DNA from: Alkaliphilus sp. NP8
Lineage (GTDB): Bacteria; Bacillota; Clostridia; Peptostreptococcales; Natronincolaceae
Direction of reading: 5' to 3'
NCBI GenBank assembly: GCA_015978205.1
Contig: JADWMM010000001.1
Location: 143,465-175,464, forward strand
DNA: 32,000 nt
The first letter of the stretch is position 1, and the number at the start of each line of letters is the position of its first letter. The position numbers were made by a program, and so were the translations under genes. This document shows, one piece after another, positions 1 to 9,068 of this stretch. Below the pieces are notes generated by a model, which had not been told where the DNA came from, did no database searches, and was given only the letters and a program-made list of their open reading frames with translations.

Positions 1-988
1 CGTAGCTATTTAATATATTGGTATCACTTCCACCACCAGTAGATGTTATATTACTTTCAAGTCCCATAGTATTGAATACTTCTTGCATCTTTTTAACGAT
101 TTCATCTTCTGGATCTACATTAAAAGCAGGATACATTCTTTCTACATCCATTTCTACTTTACCACCAAGGTCTGCCGCTGCTTTTTCAAAAGTTTCTACC
201 ATATGCTGAGTTTGTGCATTAAGTTTTTCTTCGCTTAAACTTCTAGCTTCTGCCTTAACATTAACTTCTGGTGTAACAACATTTGTTGCTTCTCCACCAG
301 AAATAACTCCAACATTAGCTGTTGTTTCTTCGTCTATTCTCAAAAGTTTCATAGTATTAATTGCTTTTGAAGCAATCATAATAGCGCTAACTCCTTCTTC
401 TGGAACTAATCCAGCGTGAGCAGGCTTACCTATGATTTTAGCATTTACTTTATCTTGTGCAGGTCCCTTTACTATAATCTCTCCTGGAGATCCACCGCTA
501 TCTAGTACAAAACCATATTCAGCATTAATTTTGCTAGTATCTAGGTTTTTAGCTCCAAATAGTCCGCCTTCTTCCCAAATACTAAAAACAACTTCAATAT
601 CTGAATGCTCTATATTATTTTCTTTTATAACTTTAATAGCTTCTAATACTGCAGCAATACCAGCTTTGTCATCTCCACCTAAAATTGTAGTTCCATCACT
701 GTATATTACTCCATCTTTTATAACTGGCTTTACACCTTCTCCTGGTTTTACAGTATCCATATGGGAGCTGAATAAAATTGTAGGGCCTTCTTTACTACCT
801 TTTAGCTTTCCAATTACATTACCTGTTTCTCCACCTACTTTTTCACCTGCATCGTCCACTTTTACTTCTAGACCTAGTTCTTCTAATTTTTTAACAAGCA
901 CTTTAGCAATTTTACCTTCTTTGCTAGAGTGACTGTCGATTTGAACCAACTCTAAAAATTCATTTACTAAACGCTCCTGATTCACCAT
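1..988 (-). CDS. M20/M25/M40-family metallopeptidase (peptidase T-like), N-terminal ~329 codons; C-terminus lies beyond the window edge
   Basis: Not in the ORF track because it runs off the window. My minus-strand translation from ATG 988..986 reads MVNQERLVNEFLELVQIDSHSSKEGKIAKVLVKKLEELGLEV...ILFSSHMDTVKPG...GTTILGGDDKAGIAAVLEA...IEVVFSIWEEGGLFGAK. It stays open to position 1. HMDTV and GGDDKAG are typical M20 metal-ligand motifs. An AAGGAGGG Shine-Dalgarno lies about 8 nt upstream. Confidence 0.8.
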   Translation of the reverse strand, partial: MVNQERLVNEFLELVQIDSHSSKEGKIAKVLVKKLEELGLEVKVDDAGEKVGGETGNVIGKLKGSKEGPTILFSSHMDTVKPGEGVKPVIKDGVIYSDGTTILGGDDKAGIAAVLEAIKVIKENNIEHSDIEVVFSIWEEGGLFGAKNLDTSKINAEYGFVLDSGGSPGEIIVKGPAQDKVNAKIIGKPAHAGLVPEEGVSAIMIASKAINTMKLLRIDEETTANVGVISGGEATNVVTPEVNVKAEARSLSEEKLNAQTQHMVETFEKAAADLGGKVEMDVERMYPAFNVDPEDEIVKKMQEVFNTMGLESNITSTGGGSDTNILNSY

Positions 989-1093
989 AATGTATACCCT
1001 CCTTAATGTTAACTTGTATAATATTTCCACTTTATATTATATACCTTATTCTAACATAATATCATTTCAAATTAAACTAATTGGCAAAGATAA

Positions 1094-1141
1094 AAAATCA
1101 AACCCGTTTCTTTAGCGAAATAAAGAAATAGGTTTGATTTT
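1094..1141 (-). terminator. Rho-independent terminator downstream of abgT
   Basis: Minus strand reads AAATCAAACC-TA-TTTCTTTA-TTTCGC-TAAAGAAA-CG-GGTTTGATTT followed by TTTT. This is a long interrupted hairpin plus T-run immediately after the stop at 1147. Confidence 0.6.
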
Positions 1142-1146
1142 AAATA

Positions 1147-2694
1147 TTACAAGTTAATAAATACTCCTGGTCCTAACGGCCATCCAAGATTAAACCATAC
1201 TCCAAACAATATCATCCATAAAAATAAGAAGATTAATGAGTAAGGTAGCATTGTAGAAATTAAGGTACCAATTCCTGTATCTTCATCATATGCTTGTGCA
1301 AAAGCAATGATTACTGCAAAGTATGACATAAGTGGTGAAATAATATTTGTTGTAGAGTCTCCAATTCTATACGCAACTTGAGTAAACTCTGGAGAATAAC
1401 CAAGCCTCATAAACATAGGAACGAAAACAGGCGCCATAATAGCCCATTTTGCTGAAGCACTACCAATAAACAAGTTAATAAAACCTGCAACTACAACAAA
1501 ACCAATCATCAACGGTAGACCTGTCATATTTGCAGCTTTTAAGAATTCTGCACCTTTAACAGCTAAAATAGTACCTAAGTTTGACCATGAAAAATAGCTT
1601 ACAAACTGTGCAGCAGCAAATGCAAGAACTAAATATCCACCCATAGTTGACATAGCCTTACCCATTCCATCTGCTACATCTTTGTCGTTTTTAATAGTAC
1701 CTGCTGCAATACCGTAAGCTACACCAGGTATTAAAAAAGCTAAAGCAATAATTGGAACAATACCAGCCATAAATGCAGATTTTGCAATAATTGATCCTGT
1801 TTCAGGATTTCTTAAAATACCATTTTGCGGAACTACCAAAGCTAATATAATAACTAAAAATACTAATAAAGATATACCAGCCCAAACTAGCCCTTTAGAC
1901 TCTTCTTTACTTACTTTGTCAATAGAGCTTCCTTGTTTACCTTTATATTCCCCAAGTCTTGGCTCTACTATCTTTTCTGTAATTAATGTACCTACTATGG
2001 TAATTAAAAAAGTAGATGCTATCATAAAGTACCAGTTAGCAGTAGGATCTACAGTATAGTTAGGGTCTATCATCTGTGCCGCTTGTTGACTTATTCCTCC
2101 TAATAATGGATCTATTGTACCTATTATTAGGTTAGCACTAAATCCTCCAGAAACCCCTGCAAAAGCAGCTGCAAGTCCTGCTAATGGATGTCGTCCAAAG
2201 CTTAAGAATATCAATGCTCCTAGCGGTACTAATACAACATAACCTGCATCTGATGCTACATTAGACATAATACCTGCAAATACAACTACAGCTGTAATTA
2301 ATCTTTTCGGTGTACTTAAAACTAATTTTCTAAGAGCTGCTTGTATAAGTCCACTTCCTTCTGCAACTCCTACCCCAAGCATAGCAACTAGTACTGTTCC
2401 CAGTGGAGCAAAGCTTGTAAAATTTGTTACTGCTTCTGAGAAAATTCTTCTTATTCCATCAGGCGTTAACAAGCTTACTGCATATACAGTTTCCTTAGTT
2501 AGCTTTCCATCTACAAATTTTTCGAATTCTACAGAAACGCCTGCCTTTGCTGCTATTGCAGAAATAATAATAACAGCTAACCCAAAAATAGCAAATAAAG
2601 TAACTGGATGAGGTAACTTGTTACCTACAACTTCAATAACATCTAAAAACTTATTAAATAGTCCTTTCTTCTTCGTCGTACTTTGATTTGACAT
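1147..2694 (-). CDS. abgT: AbgT-family transporter (p-aminobenzoyl-glutamate / antimetabolite transporter family)
   Basis: About 515 aa polytopic membrane protein with N-terminal [27 protein letters not shown] and length typical of AbgT. Start placed at [10 protein letters not shown] (ATG 2694..2692), preceded by AAAGGAGGA. The 28-codon upstream extension in the track has no RBS. Confidence 0.85.
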   Translation of the reverse strand: MSNQSTTKKKGLFNKFLDVIEVVGNKLPHPVTLFAIFGLAVIIISAIAAKAGVSVEFEKFVDGKLTKETVYAVSLLTPDGIRRIFSEAVTNFTSFAPLGTVLVAMLGVGVAEGSGLIQAALRKLVLSTPKRLITAVVVFAGIMSNVASDAGYVVLVPLGALIFLSFGRHPLAGLAAAFAGVSGGFSANLIIGTIDPLLGGISQQAAQMIDPNYTVDPTANWYFMIASTFLITIVGTLITEKIVEPRLGEYKGKQGSSIDKVSKEESKGLVWAGISLLVFLVIILALVVPQNGILRNPETGSIIAKSAFMAGIVPIIALAFLIPGVAYGIAAGTIKNDKDVADGMGKAMSTMGGYLVLAFAAAQFVSYFSWSNLGTILAVKGAEFLKAANMTGLPLMIGFVVVAGFINLFIGSASAKWAIMAPVFVPMFMRLGYSPEFTQVAYRIGDSTTNIISPLMSYFAVIIAFAQAYDEDTGIGTLISTMLPYSLIFLFLWMILFGVWFNLGWPLGPGVFINL

Positions 2695-3001
2695 TATAAT
2701 TCCTCCTTTTAACTGATTTTTTAGAATTGTCATACAAATTAGTCCGCAGTCCACACTTAATTTAAGATATGGAAACACAATATAAAGTATACCACAAGAA
2801 TTTTAATTTTTCTATATATATATAAATAAAATGTAATTTTTTTAAATATTTACTATATTCTAACAGTTGCAAACTCTATATTAGCATTAAGAGTATTCTT
2901 TTGTAACATTAAATTTTATTCTACAAACCATTATGTCATAAGGTAGTTTATAGATGAATATATTATAAATAGCCACGACTATAGTAACGAGGGGTGAAAT
3001 A

Positions 3002-3100
3002 ATGAAATTTTTAGTGTTTAAGAAAAAATATCTATATATTTCTATTACAGTAGTTGCTGTGTTAATTGTTTCCGGAGTTATATTAAGTATTATTAAATAA
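3002..3100 (+). CDS. Candidate 32-aa small hydrophobic membrane peptide (below the ORF-track cut-off)
   Basis: ATG 3002 is preceded by GAGGGGTGA with about 6 nt spacing. Translation is MKFLVFKKKYLYISITVVAVLIVSGVILSIIK: a basic N-terminus plus one TM-length hydrophobic stretch. It is followed by the hairpin at 3141..3177. There is no homology evidence. Confidence 0.3.
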   Translation: MKFLVFKKKYLYISITVVAVLIVSGVILSIIK

Positions 3101-3140
3101 ACAAAGGTTTAGTTATAATTTATAAAAAAACATTTCAATA

Positions 3141-3177
3141 ACAAACAAAAAACCCATAAAATGGGTTTTTTGTTTGT
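3141..3177. terminator. Bidirectional rho-independent terminator
   Basis: ACAAACAAAAAACCCAT-AAA-ATGGGTTTTTTGTTTGT is a perfect 17-nt inverted repeat with A-run and T-run flanks. It sits between the convergent small ORF (+) and the 430-aa gene (-). Confidence 0.65.
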
Positions 3178-4469
3178 TATTCTTTAATTACTTTTCCTGT
3201 TTTAGGGTCTACCTTAAGTATCCAATAGCCGTAAGAATATAGATCATGGGGCTGAGGGTCACATGGGTGCCAATAATTAAATCCTGTAGCACCTTCATAT
3301 GGTTGTTCAGAAGATATATTTCTAGCTAATACACCATAAGCATAACATTTAGCCTTTTTATTTTCATCATATAATATTCCAAATATATGATGTCTATTTA
3401 AATAAACTGTCTGAAGCATCTTAGATCTATAGTAGTTAGCTGGGAGACTTAAACTGTCTACATATAATATAAATGGCATATATGATCTATATATTGTTTG
3501 ATGATTGTAAGGTATTTGCCACCAAGTAAAGTCATCTAAATTATTATAGAATGGCTCTACTTTTGGAAATTCTTTTAACGCATTTTCAATATAGCCTTGC
3601 ATTTGAAGACTAAATTCTGATGAATTTTCTAGTTCTAATGTTTCTTCTGAATCTGCTTTAATAGGTATGTATTCTCTATCTTTTTCGTCCCAAATATTTT
3701 CACTATACTCTTCTGAGTTAATAGTTTTATTATTTATATCTTCTTTCTTTATATCTTGATTAAGTCTTAATTTCTCTTCAGATTTAAATTCTTGCATAAG
3801 TTTTTGATCAGGTTTTTCTTCATCTTGGAAATCTTCATTATCTAACACTTCCTCTTGTTTAATTTTAAATTCTTCCTTTTTTGGTTCTTCTTTTGTTTCT
3901 TTTTGTGATTCTAATTTTAAATCCTCATCTGGTGTTTGTTTCTTTTCTGCCTTAGACTCTTCTATATTTTTCTTTTCTTTTACTATCTTCTCTTTGTTTT
4001 TATTCTCTGTTTTAATTGGGATATATAAATATTTTTCTAGTGCATATCTCCAAGATGTAGATTTTTCTTTACCCATATATCCTACTAGAGGAATAAAAAG
4101 GTTATCTTTATCTTCTTTATTTTGTACTGTTAATACTAAAACATTAAAATCATCTATTAGTTCCATAGATCCTCTTACATTTTCAGCATTAAATTCCCAA
4201 ACAACTTCACCTTTGCCTTTGTCATCTACTTCCATAGGCCCTACTTCTACTATTGTAGGCTCTTCTTCTTTATTGGTATTAATCAAATACCAACGATACC
4301 GTTCTGTATTACTTGCTTTTTTTAGATTCTGACAGTTAATGGATAAAGTTCCTTCATCATTTTTTACTTCTATTTTTCCATGACCTTTTGGACCTTCATT
4401 TTTAAATACGCCAGATTCCTTATCCTCTGTTTCTAATATAATAAAGTATCGTTTATATCGTCTTTGCAT
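3177..4469 (-). CDS. Hypothetical tripartite protein: N-terminal beta-rich domain, E/K-rich low-complexity linker, aromatic-rich C-terminal domain
   Basis: 430-aa ORF with a strong RBS (AAAAGGAGGGGG) 6 nt upstream of the ATG. Residues ~150-270 are almost only E/K/D/Q/N. The C-terminus reads ...HHIFGILYDENKKAKCYAYGVLARN...GFNYWHPCDP...GYWILKVDPKTGKV. I recognise no family. Confidence 0.7.
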   Translation of the reverse strand: MQRRYKRYFIILETEDKESGVFKNEGPKGHGKIEVKNDEGTLSINCQNLKKASNTERYRWYLINTNKEEEPTIVEVGPMEVDDKGKGEVVWEFNAENVRGSMELIDDFNVLVLTVQNKEDKDNLFIPLVGYMGKEKSTSWRYALEKYLYIPIKTENKNKEKIVKEKKNIEESKAEKKQTPDEDLKLESQKETKEEPKKEEFKIKQEEVLDNEDFQDEEKPDQKLMQEFKSEEKLRLNQDIKKEDINNKTINSEEYSENIWDEKDREYIPIKADSEETLELENSSEFSLQMQGYIENALKEFPKVEPFYNNLDDFTWWQIPYNHQTIYRSYMPFILYVDSLSLPANYYRSKMLQTVYLNRHHIFGILYDENKKAKCYAYGVLARNISSEQPYEGATGFNYWHPCDPQPHDLYSYGYWILKVDPKTGKVIKE

Positions 4470-4560
4470 TTAATCCCCCTCCTTTTTATAGAAAACAAAT
4501 TTTAAATTTCTAGTCTCTATAATCAATATATGTATTAAAAGGGGAATAATTTACAAATTA

Positions 4561-5424
4561 TTATAATCTTTTTGCTAAATTGTTAGCTAGTGTTGCATAT
4601 TCTTCTATATTTAAAGTTTCTCCTCTTCGCTTTTCATCTATATTGCTTGCAGATAGGACCTCTCTTAGTAAATCTTTTTCTAACTTCAGATTGCCAGAAC
4701 TTAAAGCATTTAATAATGTTTTTCTTCTTTTACCAAAGGCATCCTTTACTAGACCGAAAAACAAATCTTCTCTTTCTACATAAACTCTAGGCTTTTCTAA
4801 TACATCTAACCTTATAACTGAAGATTCTACCTTAGGTTGTGGTATAAAAACTGAAGGTGGTACTTTGAGTAAAATTTTAGGATTACAATAATATTGAACT
4901 GCAATAGACAACGTTCCATAATCCTTTGTACCTGGTTTTGCTTGAATACGATCTGCTACCTCTTTTTGAATCATAATAGTTAAAGATTCTATAGGAACCT
5001 TTTCTTCTAAAAATTTCATAATAATAGGAGTAGTTACATAGTACGGCAGATTTGCTACTACTTTAGGTTTTTTGTCTGCAATTTTTTCTTTTACTAACTT
5101 GTTTAAATCCATTTTTAAAACATCTTCATTTATTATTTCTACATTTGAATAATTTTTTAGAGTTTCTTTTAAAATAGGTAGTAAGGTTTTATCTATTTCT
5201 ATAGCTAACACTGAATTAGACCTTTCTGCTATATTCTGTGTAAGACTGCCTATTCCAGGTCCTACTTCAATAACATAGTCTTCGCTACAAATATTAGCTC
5301 CATCTAAAATATTATCTAATATGTTTTGATCTATTAAAAAATTTTGTCCTAAACTCTTAGAAAATTTAAAACCATATTTTTGCACTATTTCCTTTGTTTT
5401 TCTTGGCGATGATATTCTATCCAT
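4561..5424 (-). CDS. rsmA: 16S rRNA (adenine1518/1519-N6)-dimethyltransferase RsmA/KsgA
   Basis: 287 aa. Contains FSKSLGQNFLID, the SAM-binding VIEVGPGIGSLT and ANLPYYVTTPII, all hallmark KsgA motifs. RBS is GGGGGAGA. Confidence 0.95.
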   Translation of the reverse strand: MDRISSPRKTKEIVQKYGFKFSKSLGQNFLIDQNILDNILDGANICSEDYVIEVGPGIGSLTQNIAERSNSVLAIEIDKTLLPILKETLKNYSNVEIINEDVLKMDLNKLVKEKIADKKPKVVANLPYYVTTPIIMKFLEEKVPIESLTIMIQKEVADRIQAKPGTKDYGTLSIAVQYYCNPKILLKVPPSVFIPQPKVESSVIRLDVLEKPRVYVEREDLFFGLVKDAFGKRRKTLLNALSSGNLKLEKDLLREVLSASNIDEKRRGETLNIEEYATLANNLAKRL

Positions 5425-5433
5425 ATTCTCCCC

Positions 5434-5970
5434 CTACTCTTCTAGTTTTTCTATTGCTTTCTCAAACTCTTGCCTGGAAACTCCGTAATTATTAAGTCTA
5501 CTTAAAAATTGTTTAGCATTTCCATATCCTATTCCTAGTATTTTTCCCAGTTTATCTCTGCGATATGCAGATCCATTAAATCCAATTAGTCCATTATATA
5601 ATAAGTCATTCCTAGTAAATCCTTCTACTTTTTCTATAGATTCACTTCTAGCCCTTTTTAGTGCTGCTATTATATTTTCTGGTGATGCATTTTCTATGCC
5701 AATATCACCATCTTTACTTGCCTGGTCCTTAGGTAAAAATGCATGTTTACACCCTGGCACTTGAGATGAAATTGTTTTTCTTATTTTCTCTCCAGCGAAA
5801 TCAGGATCGGTAAATATTATTACTCCTCTTCTATTTGCTGCTGTTTTTATTCTTTCTATAGTTTTTTCACCGAAGCCAAAGCCTCCTGTTATTATCATTT
5901 CTGCATCTATTGCTCTTTTTACAGCCGAAACATCATCTTTTCCTTCTACAACAATTATTTCTTTTATCAT
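5434..5970 (-). CDS. rnmV: Ribonuclease M5 (TOPRIM domain, 5S rRNA maturase)
   Basis: 178 aa. Contains IIVVEGKDDVSAVKRA...IIFTDPDFAGEKIR (TOPRIM E and DxD motifs). It sits immediately upstream of rsmA, as in Bacillus. Confidence 0.9.
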   Translation of the reverse strand: MIKEIIVVEGKDDVSAVKRAIDAEMIITGGFGFGEKTIERIKTAANRRGVIIFTDPDFAGEKIRKTISSQVPGCKHAFLPKDQASKDGDIGIENASPENIIAALKRARSESIEKVEGFTRNDLLYNGLIGFNGSAYRRDKLGKILGIGYGNAKQFLSRLNNYGVSRQEFEKAIEKLEE

Positions 5971-6032
5971 AGCTTTCTCCTTTATTAAATGTATAAACCG
6001 TTTATATATTATTATATATTATTTTTTCAAAT

Positions 6033-6066
6033 ATAAACAGGTCAGAGAAAACTCTGACCTGTTTAT
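6033..6066 (-). terminator. Hairpin terminator after the yabE-like gene
   Basis: ATAAACAGGTCAGAG-AAAA-CTCTGACCTGTTTAT is a 15-bp perfect stem. The T-tract on the minus strand is interrupted (TTTATATTTG). Confidence 0.55.
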
Positions 6067-6078
6067 ATGCTGTTTGAA

Positions 6079-7113
6079 TTATTCTAATACGTATACTTTT
6101 ACTTTTCTTCTACCAAAATTCTTTACTTCTGTAGGGGTTTCAAAGTAAAGGTCTATTTTGTTTCCTTTTATAGCTCCACCTGTATCTTCTGCAACAGCGT
6201 AGCCATAACTTGAAGTACCATCAGTAGATTCTATGTACAGTTTTGTACCTAAAGGTATAACTTTAGGGTCTACTGCTACTACTCCTGGTCTTACTACAGT
6301 ACCACTAGCGGTTATTCCATAATATGGGTCGCCAGGGCTTTTTCCTGTACTTGCGTAACCAGCATGGTAAGCAGTTGCTGTCATATCTATTACTTTACTA
6401 AATCTGCTAATATCTCCTCTGGATGTTGCTACCGTTGATACTGTTCCTCTTTCTACAATTTCATTAGTAGCGCTTTCAATTATATCTTCTTCAAGTATTT
6501 GTATATCTACTTCTACTCCATTTTCATAAATGACTTCATACTTTATTTCTTTTAGTCCTTCTTTTCCTTTTTGGACTACATTAGTTCTTCCTTTTTCTAG
6601 GTCATTATTATTTTTAAAGACCGTTTGAAAAGGTACTTCTTGAGTTTCAACCTTTTCATCTGAAGTAATTCTGGTTATTTTAACCAGATATCCTTCTCTA
6701 ATAGGTTCCTCTAGCATTGGTTCTATTCTATCGTTTTCATTTAGCTGTATGTTAAGTGAGTCTATTAAGTCTTCGACATTTTTTTCTGCTGTAAATATAG
6801 TTCTTTCATTTGTTCCATCAACAAGCTTTATTTCAAAAGCTCTATGAATAACTATTCTAGTTCCATCCTCTATTTTTTCACTTAAACTAGGAACAACCTT
6901 GTCCCCCTTTTGCAAATCTATATTTTGTTTACGCAGAACATCTTCTACTGTACTCGCTAGAGTTGAAACCTGAATTTCCTGCCCCTCATGTTCAATCACA
7001 ATTGTATTTTGAAGTCCTACAAAAGCTACCCCTAATAACAACAGCGATACTACGACAGCTGCAATAATAGTCTTTTTATTTAAAGCATTATTGCTGCTCA
7101 GGTAAGTTTGCAT
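6079..7113 (-). CDS. yabE: YabE-like secreted/membrane-anchored protein (DUF348 repeats, G5 domain, C-terminal 3D/RlpA-like domain)
   Basis: 344 aa with an N-terminal TM anchor (IIAAVVVSLLLLGVAFVGL). The middle region has VETQEVPFQT...VVQKGKEGLKEIKYEV, which is G5-like. The C-terminus has TATAYHAGY...TASGT...GVVAVDPKVIPLGTKLYI...YGYAVAEDTGGAIKGNKIDLYF, a 3D domain. Its synteny position matches B. subtilis yabE. Confidence 0.85.
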   Translation of the reverse strand: MQTYLSSNNALNKKTIIAAVVVSLLLLGVAFVGLQNTIVIEHEGQEIQVSTLASTVEDVLRKQNIDLQKGDKVVPSLSEKIEDGTRIVIHRAFEIKLVDGTNERTIFTAEKNVEDLIDSLNIQLNENDRIEPMLEEPIREGYLVKITRITSDEKVETQEVPFQTVFKNNNDLEKGRTNVVQKGKEGLKEIKYEVIYENGVEVDIQILEEDIIESATNEIVERGTVSTVATSRGDISRFSKVIDMTATAYHAGYASTGKSPGDPYYGITASGTVVRPGVVAVDPKVIPLGTKLYIESTDGTSSYGYAVAEDTGGAIKGNKIDLYFETPTEVKNFGRRKVKVYVLE

Positions 7114-7161
7114 AAATCTTCCTCCTGTTCATTTTTTGGATTTAGGACGAAACATTTAACT

Positions 7162-7190
7162 ATTCTATTCTATGTTTTTGTTTTTGTCAA
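7162..7190 (-). promoter_or_regulatory. SigA-type promoter for the yabE-like gene
   Basis: Minus strand reads TTGACA - 17 nt - TAGAAT, about 45 nt upstream of the ATG. Confidence 0.45.
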
Positions 7191-7316
7191 CTTTTTTTGA
7201 ATCATATTATGGTAACGTTGACAATTGATGGTACAAATAGAGTGTTCCCGGAATATATTTTTTTATTCTTTTACTACATATAACTATATTATATGAATAC
7301 TATTACTTTTTAATAT

Positions 7317-7372
7317 AAAAAGCAGTAAAGCTATTTTAAAATATTTTCTAAAATATGCTTTACTGCTTTTTT
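7317..7372 (-). terminator. Terminator after the SLH-domain gene
   Basis: AAAAGCAGTAAAGC ... GCTTTACTGCTTTT is a 14-bp stem with a ~25-nt AT-rich loop and a flanking T-run. Confidence 0.5.
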
Positions 7373-7400
7373 ATTTATTTATTTTTTATCATTAATAATA

Positions 7401-8804
7401 TTAAAAATTCATTTCAACTACATTTTCAGGTATTTCTGGTAAGGAAACCTCTTCTCCAAATCCATAATATTCATAATCTCCATCCATATCTACTTTTGTT
7501 TCAACACCTGCAACAGTCGTAGACATTAACTGCTTAAGATTTAATTTATCGTAGGATTTATCTTCTTTATTAATATAGTATTCTTGTGACATTTCTATCT
7601 CCATATTTGATATAGTCTGATTCATTGTCTCTCTCATAATATTTTTGAAAGATTCTTCTTGAGCTTCATTTTGAATTCCTTCTGCTTCTTTCATTTGTTC
7701 CCACATTTCACCTTCTAGCATGTTGTCCATAACTTCGTTTATTATTTCAGTATATACTTCCTTAAACGCTTCACTGTCTATATCTAGCTTAACAACATAG
7801 TGCTCTTTATCATCTATATTTACATTTTCACTGTATCTAGCATACATACCGAATAACTCTAATTCTTCACTAGAAAACTGACCAAATCCTTGTTCTGGAC
7901 TTGTAACTCCAGTATTCATTCCAACTCCTAATGAAGATTGCAACTCTAACATAATATTATTTAAATCCATTTTCATCCAATCTTCTGTTTCTCCACTGCG
8001 AATGTACATAATGTTATCTTTCATATATACTTCTGACATCGCTTCTATTATTTCACCATTTATATCTGTTGTGCTATTAGATACTACATATATTGTATTT
8101 GGAGCTTTAAACACTCCTTCTTGATCCATTTTAGTTTCCAGTACCTCTTTAGTAGGTACATCGTTATCTTCTGTAGGTATATTAACCTCTGTTGTCATAT
8201 CCATTGAACCTTTAAATTTATAGCTATCTTGATTTGTCAAATGATCGTTAGCTAATTGAAGAAGATCTGCTGCTGTTAGGCCATCTCTTACAAATGCTTC
8301 TTTAAAATTATTTAACATTTCTTTGCTTTCTAAAACAGTAAGTTCTTTTTGAGGGGCAAAATTTCCTTCATTATTTTCTATTATTTCATACTTAACTGCA
8401 TATGAAATAAATGATTTTGCCCAAGGTGAAATTTTCTCTGAATCGGAAAATTTAACTTCTACTTCACTAATCTCATCTGAATCAATATTAATCACACCTA
8501 ATGCCCTAACTAGCATTATAACTGCTTCTTCTTTTGTAACAGCTCTTTCTGGATAAAAATTAGATCCATCACCTTTTACTATTTTTCTATTAAAAGCAGT
8601 TGCTATGTAAGGTATATCATCTTCATTTAATATGTCATTAAAATTTAAATCTAAATCCTCTGATATTTCCACTTCCATTGTATTGATAATTTCTTTTGTA
8701 AAATTAGTTCTAGTCATTTTTTCTGCTTCTTGCCCATAAGCAAAGCTGGACAATATTAGTGTAAAAATAAGTACTGGTAAAGTAATTCTTTTTAAAATTT
8801 TCAT
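7401..8804 (-). CDS. Secreted protein with two N-terminal SLH (S-layer homology)-like domains and a C-terminal domain of unknown function
   Basis: 467 aa. The signal peptide is MKILKRITLPVLIFTLILSSFAYG. Two segments fit the SLH pattern: FNDILNEDDIPYIATAFNRKIVKGDGSNFYPERAVTKEEAVIMLVRAL and FSDSEKISPWAKSFISYAVKYEII...GNFAPQKELTVLESKEML. RBS is AAGGAGGA. Confidence 0.7.
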   Translation of the reverse strand: MKILKRITLPVLIFTLILSSFAYGQEAEKMTRTNFTKEIINTMEVEISEDLDLNFNDILNEDDIPYIATAFNRKIVKGDGSNFYPERAVTKEEAVIMLVRALGVINIDSDEISEVEVKFSDSEKISPWAKSFISYAVKYEIIENNEGNFAPQKELTVLESKEMLNNFKEAFVRDGLTAADLLQLANDHLTNQDSYKFKGSMDMTTEVNIPTEDNDVPTKEVLETKMDQEGVFKAPNTIYVVSNSTTDINGEIIEAMSEVYMKDNIMYIRSGETEDWMKMDLNNIMLELQSSLGVGMNTGVTSPEQGFGQFSSEELELFGMYARYSENVNIDDKEHYVVKLDIDSEAFKEVYTEIINEVMDNMLEGEMWEQMKEAEGIQNEAQEESFKNIMRETMNQTISNMEIEMSQEYYINKEDKSYDKLNLKQLMSTTVAGVETKVDMDGDYEYYGFGEEVSLPEIPENVVEMNF

Positions 8805-8940
8805 TGATAATAAATCCTCCTTGTTAAATAATTAATTACGTTATTAAAATATATTCTCTTTGTTTATATATATCCCTTTATTTTGCTAATAAAACTTTAT
8901 TTTGTTAATAATACAACTAATTCCTATATTTAAACAAAAC

Positions 8941-8986
8941 AAAAGAGCCATTAACTATTCAGGAATAAATAGTTAATGGCTCTTTT
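8941..8986 (-). terminator. Terminator after tatD
   Basis: AAAAGAGCCATTAACTATT-CAGGAAT-AAATAGTTAATGGCTCTTTT is a 19-bp perfect stem with flanking A and T runs. Confidence 0.65.
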
Positions 8987-9068
8987 AATAATTTAAACTA
9001 CAAATAATCATATGTTAAAATATAGCCACGCATACTTTTTATTAAATATACAAGTTAAATATATAAAT

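Noticed and set aside
18-932. Plus-strand ORFs 18..209 and 432..932 from the track
   Set aside because: They lie antisense to a much longer open minus-strand frame (1..988) with clear M20 peptidase motifs and a strong RBS. Their translations are low-complexity S/P/L/I strings typical of shadow ORFs.
2695-2990. N-terminal extension of abgT (to 2778) and a possible folate/THF riboswitch in the abgT leader
   Set aside because: The extension lacks an RBS, whereas ATG 2694 has AAAGGAGGA. The ~90-nt leader shows only a GGACT-GC-GGACT repeat and none of the conserved THF-aptamer features I can recall.
3994-4790. Plus-strand ORFs 3994..4332, 4580..4783 and 4590..4790
   Set aside because: They are antisense shadows inside the 430-aa gene and rsmA, with no RBS and low-complexity translations.
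7114-7400. Possible cyclic-di-AMP (ydaO-type) riboswitch upstream of the yabE-like wall-hydrolase gene
   Set aside because: A good TTGACA-17-TAGAAT promoter lies only about 45 nt from the ATG. That leaves no room for an aptamer of about 130 nt. The region further upstream is the terminator of the preceding gene.
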